A stretch of 64,000 nucleotides of DNA from Octopus vulgaris (GCA_951406725.2 OX597839.1:15438001-15502000); one strand, 5' to 3'; positions 46,416 through 58,893 are shown, counted from the first letter of the stretch. The notes: generated by a model not told the origin, from the sequence alone. Translations and numbers: made by a program.

Positions 46416-49021
46416 CTCTTTTACTCTTTTACTTGTTTCAGCCATCCGGCTGAGGCCATGCTGGGGCACCGCCCTTGTTGCTACCCTCTCTAAGTCCAGT
46501 TTGCCGTGGCTGGCCACTGATCTAAGAGAGAGTTTGTAGCTGCTGCCCTTAGGTTACCTTCGTACCTTGCAGTGGGTTCATCTGGGATCCCGGAAAGCAG
46601 CTTGTCTAGATGTTTTTTGAAAATGTCCACATCCGCATCATGTAGATCTCTTAGTTTTCTTGGCAGTTTGTTGAAAAGCTGAGGGCCCCTGAACCCCAGG
46701 CTATTACAGTATCTGCTCCTTACCCTGGATGTGGAAGACGGGACCTTTGGCACCACACAGTGACGTCCTGTACGGGGATTGGAACAGCTCTCAATTCCAA
46801 AATTTGGTGCTAGTCCCTCCAGGATTTTCCATACGTATATCACTGCATATCTCTCTCGTCTTCGTTCCAAGGAGTACAAATTGAGTTCCCTAAGCCTCTC
46901 CCAATAGTTCTTTTCTTTCATGGTGGAAATCCTCTTGGTGAAATGTCTTTGGATTGTCTCAAGCTCTGTGGTTAGTTTGACACTATGCGGTGACCACAGT
47001 TGGGAGCAGTAGTCCAGGCGGCTTAGGACAAATGTCCTCCATAGTGTCAACATGGTCTCGCAGTCTCTTGTCCGGAATGTCCTCAGGATCCAGCCAGTGA
47101 GTCGTCTGCACATTGTCGCCACCTTCGCGATGTGTGAAGAAAAGATGCATCGTCACTCATGTCTATCCCCAGGTCCCGTATTGATTTCGATACTGGGATT
47201 TCGATCCCTCCTGGACCAGTATAGTTGTGTTGTAATGTATATGTGTTTACAGCTTGATATTGTAAGGCTTGAAATTTACCAGCATTAAATTGCCTGTTGT
47301 TGTCTTCAGCCCATTTGTATATGGCATCCAGATTTTGTTGTAAAAGGTCAGCATCAGCTGGGTTTTTGATTGCCTGTGCTACCTTTGTGTCATCAGCATA
47401 GCTAGTGAGGGATGTTGTTTGTGCTACCAAGGGCATGTCAGAGAGCGCCACCAAAAACAGCAAGGGTCCCAAGACTGTGCCCTGTGGCACCCCGCTTGCT
47501 ATTGGTGTCTTTCCCGAGAGGGCTCCATTGGCTGCAACCATCTGGCTTCTGTCCTTCAGGAAGTCATGTATCCACTCACCTACTTTTCCTGTTATGCCGA
47601 GTCTGAGTAATTTGTGACATATCACTCCATGGTCGACTTTGTCAAAGGCCTTCGCAAAGTCGAGATATACCACATCCACCTGTGAGCGATCCAGTAGTTG
47701 TTTCAGTACCCAGTCGTAGTGTTGTAACAGCTGCGTAAGGCAGCTTCTTCCTGGGCGAAAGCCATGCTGTGTGTCAGTGAGACGGTTAGTTTCTTCGAGG
47801 AACGTGATCAGTTTTTTCTGATGATTCGTTCCATGACCTTACTTATGTGTGACGTCAGGGAGACTGGCCTGTAGTTTTTGGCCTCTGCTCTACTCCCTCC
47901 TTTGTGGATAGGGCATATGGTGCCTTCCTTTAGCGCCCTGGGCAGTTTACCGTTAGCCAAGGAACCACTGAAGAGCTTCTTCAGTGGTCCCGCTAGGGCA
48001 TGCCTGCATGTTTTTAGGAGGACTGCTGGGAATCCATCTGATCCAGCAGCTGAGTTTATTCTCATTTCTTCTATGGCAGATATTACATCCCTCTCTGTTA
48101 TGTCTATGTGGTCGATGGTTGTTGTTTGGTTTTGGAGTGTTGTGGCATCAAAGAAAACTTCTGGGTTTGTGATTTGCATGTGCCCCAGAGGGGATGTGAA
48201 CACATTTTTATACTGTTCCTTTAGTATTTCACTTATCCCTTGGGGGTCCTCAGTTAGAGAGCCCTTTTTATCAAAGAGTGGGCCAATCTTGCAGTGTACC
48301 GAGGTGGTTTCTTTCGCAAATTTAAAGAAGGCTTTAGGGTTTGTTTTAATATTCTCTATGGCCCTGGCTTCTCTCTCTGCCCTCTCCTTCTCATAGGAAA
48401 GTTTGAGTGCAGTTTCTGTTTCAAAAAGTTTCAGGTGGAGTCCCTCATTGTTTCTCTGCCGTGCATTCAGTTGCTTCGAGAGCTTAGCTCTTCGCCTCAT
48501 AAGTATTTTCCTGTCTCTGGGAATAACGTTCCTATGCCCGCTGGCTTTTTTCTCCGGGACAAACTTATGGCATATGTTCTGTATTGTTGTCATGAAATGT
48601 TGGAAATGTGTGTTGGTGTCTTGTGTGGTGATGAAGTCACTCCAGTCATGTTTTCGGATCTCTTCGTTTATCTTCTTCCAGTTTGCCTTATGGAAGTTTA
48701 GACTGGATAGACCTGTGGTATTTTCTAATGGCTGCGTCTCAACTAACTCTCTCATACCATATATCATTACCTCTACTAAGTTGTGATCTGAGAGAATTAT
48801 TGGTGTTACCATTATGTTGTGGATGAGCATCGGGTTGCTTGTGAAACAGAGGTCCAAGACATTCTCACCTCTTGTTGGCCGAAGCACTGCTTGTTCCATG
48901 AAAAACTTGCGTGTGAGAGCCAACAAGGACTCTGTCTGTCTCTGTTCAAGTGATGTCATTCCAGGGAGGAGATGGCCATCTGGCCATTTGACTTTCGGAA
49001 GGTTAAAATCTCCCAGCAGTA
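46415..49021 (-). mobile_element. LINE family B copy, 5'-truncated in the endonuclease, frameshifted
   Basis: ORF pieces 47808-48959, 47083-47679 and 46490-47122 (GDFNLP, SDH, YADD); (GTAAAAGA)n tail. Confidence 0.95.
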
Positions 49022-49028
49022 GAAAGTA

Positions 49029-50008
49029 GATTACATCCGACGTTATAATTCAAATGCCCCAACTAACAGCGCGCCAAACTTTCACGGAAAACAAATACAG
49101 CATTTAGAAATAAATGCAGCATAATTATAATTAATTAATAAGGGTGAGAGAATTAGATACTAATTTAATAGTATATCTATTCTACACCAAGTGGCCTAGT
49201 GCTTCGAGAAACCTGGATTATTATAATATTTTATAATATATTATAATATTTTTACAAAATAAATATAAGAGAGTGGTCACTATATGGCTCACTCTAGCAC
49301 CAGTTAATCCAAAAGGTTTCAACCACAAAAATACATGTTTCCCATGAAAGTCAGTACGATTGTTAGCTCACACGGACAGGGCAAATAAAAAATAACAAAT
49401 ACAGATTATTTTGGGACAATTGTTTCGCTATTAATGAATTAAATGTAATTTTACTTACAATAAAATCCACTTGTAGCTCTGCTGCATTTATTTCTAAATG
49501 CTGTATTTGTTTTCCGTGAAAGTTTGGCGCGCTGTTAGTTGGGGCATTTGAATTATAACGTCGGATGTAATCAATTGAACCACACGCGTATTTATCGTTA
49601 TGGTAAAATCTGGCGTGTGATTGAGTGGATTTCATCCAGATAGTTTTGGCTGAAGAGCTACAAGTGGATTTTATTGTAAGTAAAATTACATTTAATTCAT
49701 TAATAGCGAAACAATTGTCCCAAAATAATCTGTATTTGTTATTTTTTATTTGCCCTGTCCGTGTGAGCTAACAATCGTACTGACTTTCATGGGAAACATG
49801 TATTTTTGTGGTTGAAACCTTTTGGATTAACTGGTGCTAGAGTGAGCCATATAGTGACCACTCTCTTATATTTATTTTGTAAAAATATTATAATATATTA
49901 TAAAATATTATAATAATCCAGGTTTCTCGAAGCACTAGGCCACTTGGTGTAGAATAGATATACTATTAAATTAGTATCTAATTCTCTCACCCTTATTAAT
50001 TAATTATA
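49029..50008. mobile_element. Non-coding HHR-containing element: forward monomer 49481-50008 and inverted permuted copy 49029-49480
   Basis: 49124-49480 is the reverse complement of 49654-50008; 49029-49120 is the reverse complement of 49481-49572. Confidence 0.8.
49644..49725 (+). ncRNA. Type I hammerhead ribozyme
   Basis: TTTTGG CTGAAGA GCTA..TAGC GAAA CAATTG TC CCAAAA. Canonical core, 6-bp stem I, extendable stem II, palindromic stem III; GUC cleavage after 49719. Confidence 0.85.
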
Positions 50009-50012
50009 TATG

Positions 50013-50043
<31 letters not shown>

Positions 50044-50044
50044 G

Positions 50045-50084
<40 letters not shown>

Positions 50085-50086
50085 TA

Positions 50087-50340
50087 TCATCATCATCATC
50101 ATCATCGTTTAACGTCCGCTTTCCATGTTAGCATGGGTTGGATGGTTCAACTGGGGTCTGGGGAACCCGAAAGCTGCACCAGTCCAGTCAGATCTGGCAG
50201 TGTTTCTACAGCTGGATGCCCTTCCTAACGCCAACCACTCCGAGAGTGTAGTGGGTGATTTTATGTGCCACCGACACAGGTGCCAGACGAGGCTGGCAGA
50301 CGGCCATGCTCGGATGGTGTTTTTATGTGCCACCGACACA
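50087..50340 (-). mobile_element. RTE-tailed short retroposon
   Basis: (GAT)n tail; same body as 60830-61175. Confidence 0.75.
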
Positions 50341-50449
<109 letters not shown>

Positions 50450-50474
50450 GTATATATATATATATGTATATATG

Positions 50475-50507
<33 letters not shown>

Positions 50508-50601
50508 GTATATGTATATATATATATATGTATATATATACATATATATATATATATATGTATATACATATATGTATATATATATATATATATGTATATA
50601 C

Positions 50602-50632
<31 letters not shown>

Positions 50633-50643
50633 TATGTATATAC

Positions 50644-50706
<63 letters not shown>

Positions 50707-50744
50707 ATGTATATATATATATAAATGTATATATATATATATAA

Positions 50745-50809
<65 letters not shown>

Positions 50810-50810
<1 letters not shown>

Positions 50811-51048
50811 CATCATCATCATCGTTTAACGTCCGTTTTCCGCGCTAGCACGGGTTGGACGGTTTCGACCGGGGTCTGGGGAGCTCGGGACTGCCCCAGG
50901 CTCCAGTCTAGTCTGGCAGTGTTTCTACAGCTGGATGCCCTTCCTAACGCCAACCACTCCGCGAGTGTAGTGGGTGTTTTTTACGTGCCACCTGCACAGG
51001 TGCCAGAGGGGTCTGGCATCGGCCACATTCGGATGGTGCTTTTTATGT
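50810..51048 (-). mobile_element. RTE-tailed short retroposon (variant)
   Basis: (GAT)n tail; CTGGATGCCCTTCCTAACGCCAACCAC core. Confidence 0.75.
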
Positions 51049-51439
51049 GGGGGGGGGTGCAGAAATATAGGAGAGCACCAGTGGGGAGGGGTGGTTCAGA
51101 GAAATGATTACAGGTTCTAGGCAAGTAGAACGTAGGATATCGAGAGAGGGGTAATGCATGGTGAAATAGCGTATTGAAGAGGGGGGGTTCAAAGAGTAGA
51201 CACCTATAATGGTGGTGGGAGAAGCGACATCCGGTATAGATGGAGCAAAAATATAGATATCCGGTATTGGTGGTGGGGGTGGGTAGGGCGGGTGCACCGC
51301 GAAGATACGAATGTTGATTACATACGAGGAGAAATGAAATGAAATGAATAAGATTAGATAAGATAGACAGATAGAGAAATTTGATAAAATTATGAATGGT
51401 CAGTAAAGAATTGAAAATAGCAATTCAAACACCTATCTT

Positions 51440-52131
<692 letters not shown>

Positions 52132-52222
52132 ACTTTGATACTTTGATACTTTGATAGGTTTCGGCCATTATTGGCCCAGGCCATGTCTAACTTAATAGCA
52201 CCACCTGGTGAAGTCTTTCAAG

Positions 52223-55200
52223 TCAGAATTTGGGCACTATGGCCCACTCAAGTAGAGAGTTATTGTTTACAGAGACATATCCGGGTGTAGGGGGTTTATC
52301 CGGGATTTCTTGAAGGAATCTGTCCAAAGACTTCTTGAACCCTATAGGGTCAGTTTCTGTTTTAATGTGTTTTGGTGTAATGTTAAAGAGAGCGGGGCCA
52401 ATTGAGGTGAAATAATTGTGCCGTATTGTTGTTATGAGATGAGAGTGCGATTTTTGTTTTGGGCGGATGGCACGGGGCCCAAGCCTTGGATGTACCTTAA
52501 AGGTGATGCCAACATCATTTGGGCAATGCTGATGGAATATTTTCCACATCATGCAGATGATGTAGCGCTCACGACGACGTTGGAGAGAATAGAGTTTTAG
52601 CTTTTCTAGTCGACCCCAATAGTCGAGGCCTGTCATGCCATCTATCTTTTTTGTGATTGCCCTTTGAGGTGCTTCGACTTTTATGATACCTTGTATTGTG
52701 TGGGGAGACCACAGTGGACAACAGTATTCAAGGTGGGGTCGGGCAAAAGTGGAGAAGAGAAGGATAATGGTGTGGATATCTCTCGACTGGAAAGTTCTGA
52801 GAATCCAGGAACACATTCTGCGGGCCATGTCAACTTTGGTGTTTATATGAGTGGCCCAGCTTACGTTGTTGTCCACAATTACTCCCAAGTCTCTGATGTT
52901 GTTGGACGCCGTGAGAGTTTCACCTGAAGGAAGGGAGTATGGGAGTTTCAGGGCATCCTCTTTTCCAAAGTGGATTAGCTCAAATTTATCCTCGTTCAGC
53001 AGCATATTGTTTTTTTCTGCCCATTGGATAACAGCCAGTAGATCTGACTGAAGGCATGTCCGGTCACTCGCCTCATTTATGACCTTCTGTAGCTTGGAGT
53101 CATCTGCAAAGATTTTTATGTTGCTGTGCTTGATGATGTCATTAATGTCATTAATGTAAATGATGAAAAGAAGTGGGCCCAGCACAGTGCCTTGCGGAAC
53201 GCCACTACTGACTTTGGCTGGGCTTGATTTTACCCCTTCAACTACAACATGTTGAGATCTGTCTGTCAGGAAACACTTAATCCATTTCAGTAACTTTCCA
53301 GAGACACCAATGTTGGATAGTTTTTTCAATAGGATCTTGTGATCGACCCTGTCGAAGGCCTTACTGAAATCAAGGTAGATGACATCGGTGTTGGAGCCCT
53401 CTCCCAAAGCTCTCAAAATGTCCTCAAAGTGATGCAGGAGCTGCGTTAGGCAGTCCCTTCCATTACGGAACCCATGTTGGTTGGAGATCAGCCGTCTGTT
53501 GCTTTCCAGAAATTGGGTTATTTGAGATCTCACCACCCTCTCAAATACCTTGATGATATGAGAGGTGAGTGAGATCGGACGGTAATTCACTGCAAGGGAC
53601 TTGTTTCCCTTTTTGAAAACTGGGACAACAGACTGGGACAGAAGGTTTTTTGGAATATAGCCAGCATCCAGTGAGTTTCTCCACAGATTAGCAAGGGGAG
53701 ATGCAAGTTGGTGTCGACACACCTTCAGGACACAAGCAGGGAACCTATCGGGGCCTACTGCTGAATTGTGTTTTATTTCGTTTATCGCCGCTAAGACATC
53801 AGGGGCACTAAACGTTATGTCCGATATAGTGTGTTGGGGGTTGACATCACTGATACAGCCCAGATCGGCCATATCAGGATTGCTGAAAACAGAGCAGTAT
53901 TGTTTCTGCAGTATCTCGGCCATGGATTTGGCATTATCTTGGAGAGTGCCAGTTTCGTCAATTAGAGGGCCTACAGTGGAGACAGTGACCCTGCGTTTCC
54001 TCGCAAATGAAAAGAACACTTTGGGGTTGAGTTTGATTTTTTCAATGGCCCACTTCTCCTCAGCTGATCTTTGGTTATTGATGAGGGACTTCATGCATTG
54101 TTGGAGGTTATATTTTTTGGATTCAAGCAGTGCGATAGCCGTCGAATGTGTGTGTTGCTGTTGGCAGTACTTTAGTTTGTTAATTTTTTTGTTTGTTCTT
54201 TTTATTTTTCTGATAATGGTTTTTCTGTTTTGGGGGATTCTGCACTTTTTGTTCACAGGTCTTGGTGGGGAGTGTTTTGCACATATGTCTGTGACGGTGT
54301 CTACAAAGATCTGCCAAGATGTTTTATGGTTGGTGGAGATGTGTGTATGTGTAAAGGACCAGTCAACATTTGATAGCTCGTTCCTGATTGCATCCCAGTT
54401 GGCTTTATGGAGATCCATGTTGTCAAATGGGTGGGCTGGAGGAAGGTCACTAGGATTAGCTTTCGGCTGGTGGAATTTCATGTTACAGAGAACCATGTCA
54501 TGGTCTGAAAGAAGGGTTTTTTCCACTGTAACGTTATGTATAGTGTTAGTGTGGTTACTAAACACTAGGTCCAAAATGTTCTGATGTCTTGTTGGTGCAA
54601 GGACAAGTTGGGACAAGAAAAACTCATTCGTAAAGTCGAAAAGTGACTCTGCTGCTTCTTTGTCAGCGGTTGAGGCGGGAGTGCTTGGTTTCAAACAGTT
54701 TGTAGTCCAGTCAACACAGGGTAGATTGAAGTCTCCCATCATGAGTATGTTGCTAGAATGGCACTGTTGAATAAAGCACTTAATGCTGTTGAGGCATTCT
54801 TTAAAGCACAGTATGGGTGTTTGGGGCGGCCTATAGAGTCCAATTACTGTCAGATCATTGGCTTTGTTGTGCACGGTGACTGATTCACAGTAGCCGTTGG
54901 AGAATATACTATTTCCATCTGCCGTAAATGAATCATGCAGGAAAATGGCAGTTCCACCCTTCCTCCTGCCGATACGATCCGCGCGGATGGTTGTGAAATT
55001 CTTCACTCTCACTTCGGCTTCCAAGTGGGAGTTGTCAAGGTGGGTCTCAGTGAGAATGAAGAAAGGGATGTGGTGTGAATGGTTACCAACCCAGTCTTCA
55101 ATGAATTGGACCTTCCATTTTTGTGCATTGATGGAAGGGCTGACACCTTGTGCATTGAGTAGGAATGTGGAGGTTAGTGTAGTGGCTGGTTTTGACTGTT

Positions 55201-55258
55201 GCAGGGGGCTTGGATTTTTTGTGTGTGTTAGTGGCAGCAATGTGGGGAATTGGTGCAC
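52223..55258 (-). CDS. LINE C ORF2: APE endonuclease + reverse transcriptase
   Basis: 1011 uninterrupted codons; LNAQG, TETH, YRPP, GDFN, SDH, QHGF, PQG, FADD. The frame is open from 55354; the first AUG is only at 54742. Confidence 0.95.
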   Translation of the reverse strand: MHQFPTLLPLTHTKNPSPLQQSKPATTLTSTFLLNAQGVSPSINAQKWKVQFIEDWVGNHSHHIPFFILTETHLDNSHLEAEVRVKNFTTIRADRIGRRKGGTAIFLHDSFTADGNSIFSNGYCESVTVHNKANDLTVIGLYRPPQTPILCFKECLNSIKCFIQQCHSSNILMMGDFNLPCVDWTTNCLKPSTPASTADKEAAESLFDFTNEFFLSQLVLAPTRHQNILDLVFSNHTNTIHNVTVEKTLLSDHDMVLCNMKFHQPKANPSDLPPAHPFDNMDLHKANWDAIRNELSNVDWSFTHTHISTNHKTSWQIFVDTVTDICAKHSPPRPVNKKCRIPQNRKTIIRKIKRTNKKINKLKYCQQQHTHSTAIALLESKKYNLQQCMKSLINNQRSAEEKWAIEKIKLNPKVFFSFARKRRVTVSTVGPLIDETGTLQDNAKSMAEILQKQYCSVFSNPDMADLGCISDVNPQHTISDITFSAPDVLAAINEIKHNSAVGPDRFPACVLKVCRHQLASPLANLWRNSLDAGYIPKNLLSQSVVPVFKKGNKSLAVNYRPISLTSHIIKVFERVVRSQITQFLESNRRLISNQHGFRNGRDCLTQLLHHFEDILRALGEGSNTDVIYLDFSKAFDRVDHKILLKKLSNIGVSGKLLKWIKCFLTDRSQHVVVEGVKSSPAKVSSGVPQGTVLGPLLFIIYINDINDIIKHSNIKIFADDSKLQKVINEASDRTCLQSDLLAVIQWAEKNNMLLNEDKFELIHFGKEDALKLPYSLPSGETLTASNNIRDLGVIVDNNVSWATHINTKVDMARRMCSWILRTFQSRDIHTIILLFSTFARPHLEYCCPLWSPHTIQGIIKVEAPQRAITKKIDGMTGLDYWGRLEKLKLYSLQRRRERYIICMMWKIFHQHCPNDVGITFKVHPRLGPRAIRPKQKSHSHLITTIRHNYFTSIGPALFNITPKHIKTETDPIGFKKSLDRFLQEIPDKPPTPGYVSVNNNSLLEWAIVPKF

Positions 55259-56457
55259 TGGGGTAATAGCATAGGATGGTGTTGAGTGATGGCTAGAATG
55301 TTTTTGTGTATCTCTTTTGCCATGTTCAACATGGCTAAAAAAGAATTTTCCTGCTTAGGGAGCAGTTTTTGGCTGGAGGTGTGGTTGCACTGTTGGATAG
55401 GGTTGTAGTTTCCACTTTTGTTGTTGTTGTTTTTGTGTCTTCCTGAAAAGACTGGACCAGCATTACTGCAGCATGGTGTGTTTCTATTTTTATTGTTATT
55501 CAGGTTTGTGTGTTGGCTTGAGGCCCCGTTTCTGTTTGTGCGTCGGGTCCCTGGAAGATGAGTGAAGGGACAGTCACTCAGTAGACATGTTCTCTCACGT
55601 TGGGAATACCGGCAGATTTTGGGACTCCGAGTTGTGTGTGTTTTGAATTTCGATTTACTATTTGGTGGTGTTGATGTTATTGTGGGATGCGTGCTTTGGC
55701 CTTGGCCAGTAGTGCGTCTAGTGCCGGGTAGATGCGTGAAGATGCAGTCACTATTTGTGCAGAGTCTCTGGCGCAGTGAATAGCGGCATATTTGGGGATT
55801 TCTTGTTTGTGCCGTGGGGGGCGCATTCTGCTTCCTATGTTTCTTTAAGTTTTTGTTACTGCAGTAGTATTGAGGTGGTGATGTGGGGGAAGAGGGCAGT
55901 GGTTTCTTATTTGGTTTTCTGTTGGTATTTTTGGTGATAGAAGACGATGGTGGCAGCGGTGGTGATGATGATGATGATAATTGTGGTGGTTGCTGTGAGA
56001 GCGGTGAAAAGATACTGGCATTTAGTGAATCGTCTAGTAAGCTAGAGTTGAGGAGTGGCTGTTGTTGTTCTTGTTGCTGTGGCTGTTGTTGTTGTTGTTG
56101 TGCCTGACCGATGTCAGGGTCAGCCATTGTGTTGGGAACCAGGAGTGGCTCATTCTGTTGTTGTTGTTGTTGTGGCTGCTGATTTTCTAGCTGTTGTTGT
56201 TCTTGAACTGTGAAAATATGTAGAAGCTTTTCATAATGGCCTCTTATCAGTTTGAAAGATACTTCGATATGTTTCAACTTGCTACGAATCTGTTTGACGG
56301 ATCGTGTGTTGACCACTTGTGATGTTTTTTCGGCAATCTCATTCAAACACAAGACATTTAGATTTTCTGTTTGGGAAAGAGAGAGCCATGTGTTTATTAA
56401 AACATCAATTTCGTTATCAGACCAATTTCGTCTGTTGCAGGCCTGCAAGTTAGTCAT
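55228..56457 (-). CDS. LINE C ORF1: Myb/SANT-like N-terminus, polyQ tract, two CCCH zinc fingers
   Basis: 409 aa from ATG; NWSDNEIDVLINTW..RSVKQIRSKLKHI; two copies of ICRYS-x5-C-x4-C-x3-HLPGTRRT. Confidence 0.85.
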   Translation of the reverse strand: MTNLQACNRRNWSDNEIDVLINTWLSLSQTENLNVLCLNEIAEKTSQVVNTRSVKQIRSKLKHIEVSFKLIRGHYEKLLHIFTVQEQQQLENQQPQQQQQQNEPLLVPNTMADPDIGQAQQQQQQPQQQEQQQPLLNSSLLDDSLNASIFSPLSQQPPQLSSSSSPPLPPSSSITKNTNRKPNKKPLPSSPTSPPQYYCSNKNLKKHRKQNAPPTAQTRNPQICRYSLRQRLCTNSDCIFTHLPGTRRTTGQGQSTHPTITSTPPNSKSKFKTHTTRSPKICRYSQRERTCLLSDCPFTHLPGTRRTNRNGASSQHTNLNNNKNRNTPCCSNAGPVFSGRHKNNNNKSGNYNPIQQCNHTSSQKLLPKQENSFLAMLNMAKEIHKNILAITQHHPMLLPQCTNSPHCCH

Positions 56458-56784
56458 GTTTGTTTTTCTTTTGTTTGTTTTCCTTTTGATTTTTGAAAAT
56501 ATATATATTCTTTCTTGGGAGTTAAAGAAGTGTATATATATATAAATGTTCTCTCTTAAGGGTGTGAGTTTTTGATTATTTGGTTGTTTGAGGATATTAA
56601 AAGAAAAACAGGTGTATATAACAATTTGTAGTTAAATGAAAACGTACTTACGGGTTTGTAGGCAAACACGTGGTTACAAATATATATATATTTAAGGTCA
56701 GTTAGTTTTGAAGCTGTGTAGCTTGCTACTGACTCGGGAGAGAAACAAATAGACGTCCGTCCAGTTCAACAGTTAATCCACATC

Positions 56785-56932
56785 AGCAAGGGTCCCAAGA
56801 CTGTGCCCTGTGGCACCCCGCTTGCTATTGGTGTCTTTCCCGAGAGGGCTCCATTGGCTGCAACCATAAGCTGTCCTTCAGGAAGTCATGTATCCACTAC
56901 CTACTTTTCCTGTTATGCCGAGTCTGAGTATT
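56785..56932 (-). mobile_element. LINE family B internal RT fragment abutting the family C 5' end
   Basis: Matches 58553-58710 with small deletions. Confidence 0.85.
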
Positions 56933-56940
56933 TGTATATA

Positions 56941-57175
<235 letters not shown>

Positions 57176-57182
57176 GTATATA

Positions 57183-57337
<155 letters not shown>

Positions 57338-57370
57338 GTATATATATACATATATATGTATATATATATG

Positions 57371-57405
<35 letters not shown>

Positions 57406-57406
57406 G

Positions 57407-57453
<47 letters not shown>

Positions 57454-57460
57454 GTATATA

Positions 57461-57527
<67 letters not shown>

Positions 57528-57528
<1 letters not shown>

Positions 57529-58714
57529 CTCTTTACTCTTTTACTTGTTTCAGCCATCCGGCTGAGGCATGCTGGGGCACCGCCCTTGTTGCTACCCTCT
57601 CTAAGTCCAGTTTGCCGTGGCTGGCCACTGATCTAAGAGAGAGTTTGTAGCTGCTGCCCTTAGGTTACCTTCGTACCTTGCAGTGGGTTCATCTGGGATC
57701 CCGGAAAGCAGCTTGTCTAGATGTTTTTTGAAAATGTCCACATCCGCATCATGTAGATCTATTAGTTTTCTTGGCAGTTTGTTGAAAAGCTGAGGGCCCC
57801 TGAACCCCAGGCTATTACAGTATCTGCTCCTTACCCTGGATGTGGAAGACGGGACCTTTGGCACCACACAGTGACGTCCTGTACGGGGATTGGAACAGCT
57901 CTCAATTCCAAAATTTGGTGCTAGTCCCTCCAGGATTTTCCATATGTATATTACTGCATATCTCTCTCGTCTTCGTTCCAAGGAGTACAAATTGAGTTCC
58001 CTAAGCCTCTCCCAATAGTTCTTTTCTTTCATGGTGGAAATCCTCTTGGTGAAATGTCTTTGGATTGTCTCAAGCTCTGTGGTTAGTTTGACACTATGCG
58101 GTGACCACAGTTGGGAGCAGTAGTCCAGGCGGCTTAGGACAAATGTCCTCCATAGTGTCAACATGGTCTCGCAGTCTCTTGTCCGGAATGTCCTCAGGAT
58201 CCAGCCAGTGAGTCGTCTGCACATTGTCGCCACCTTCGCGATGTGTGAAGAAAAGGATGCATCGTCACTCATGTCTATCCCCAGGTCCCGTATTGATTTC
58301 GATACTGGGATTTCGATCCCTCCTGGACCAATATAGTTGTGTTGTAATGTATATGTGTTTACAGCTGGAAATTTACCAGCATTAAATTGCCTGTTGTTGT
58401 CTTCAGCCCATTTGTATATGGCATCCAGATCTTGTTGTAAAAGGTCAGCATCAGCTGGATTTTTGATTGCCTGTGCTACCTTTGTGTCATCAGCATAGCT
58501 AGTGAGGGATGTTGTTTGTGCTACCAAGGGCATGTCAGAGAGCGCCACCAAACAGCAAGGGTCCCAAGACTGTGCCCTGTGGCACCCCGCTTGCTATTGG
58601 TGTCTTTCCCGAGAGGGCTCCATTAGCTGCAACCATCTGGCTTCTGTCCTTCAGGAAGTCATGTATCCACTCACCTACTTTTCCTGTTATGCCGAGTCTG
58701 AGTAATTTGTGACA
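57528..58714 (-). mobile_element. LINE family B, 5'-truncated copy
   Basis: 316-aa frame at 57601-58551 with YADD; GTAAAAGA tail; TA on both sides. Confidence 0.93.
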
Positions 58715-58724
58715 TATATATATG

Positions 58725-58893
<169 letters not shown>

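Larger units (their letters stand above)
52132..56784 (-). mobile_element. LINE family C, apparently full length (~4.65 kb)
   Basis: ~330-nt 5' UTR, intact ORF1 and ORF2, short 3' UTR, (TATCAAAG)n tail running into (TA)n. Confidence 0.93.

Noticed and set aside
53766-54584. Antisense ORFs over LINE ORF2s (also 47878-48396 and 9504-9808)
   Set aside because: Shadow frames of coding sequence with no recognisable motifs.
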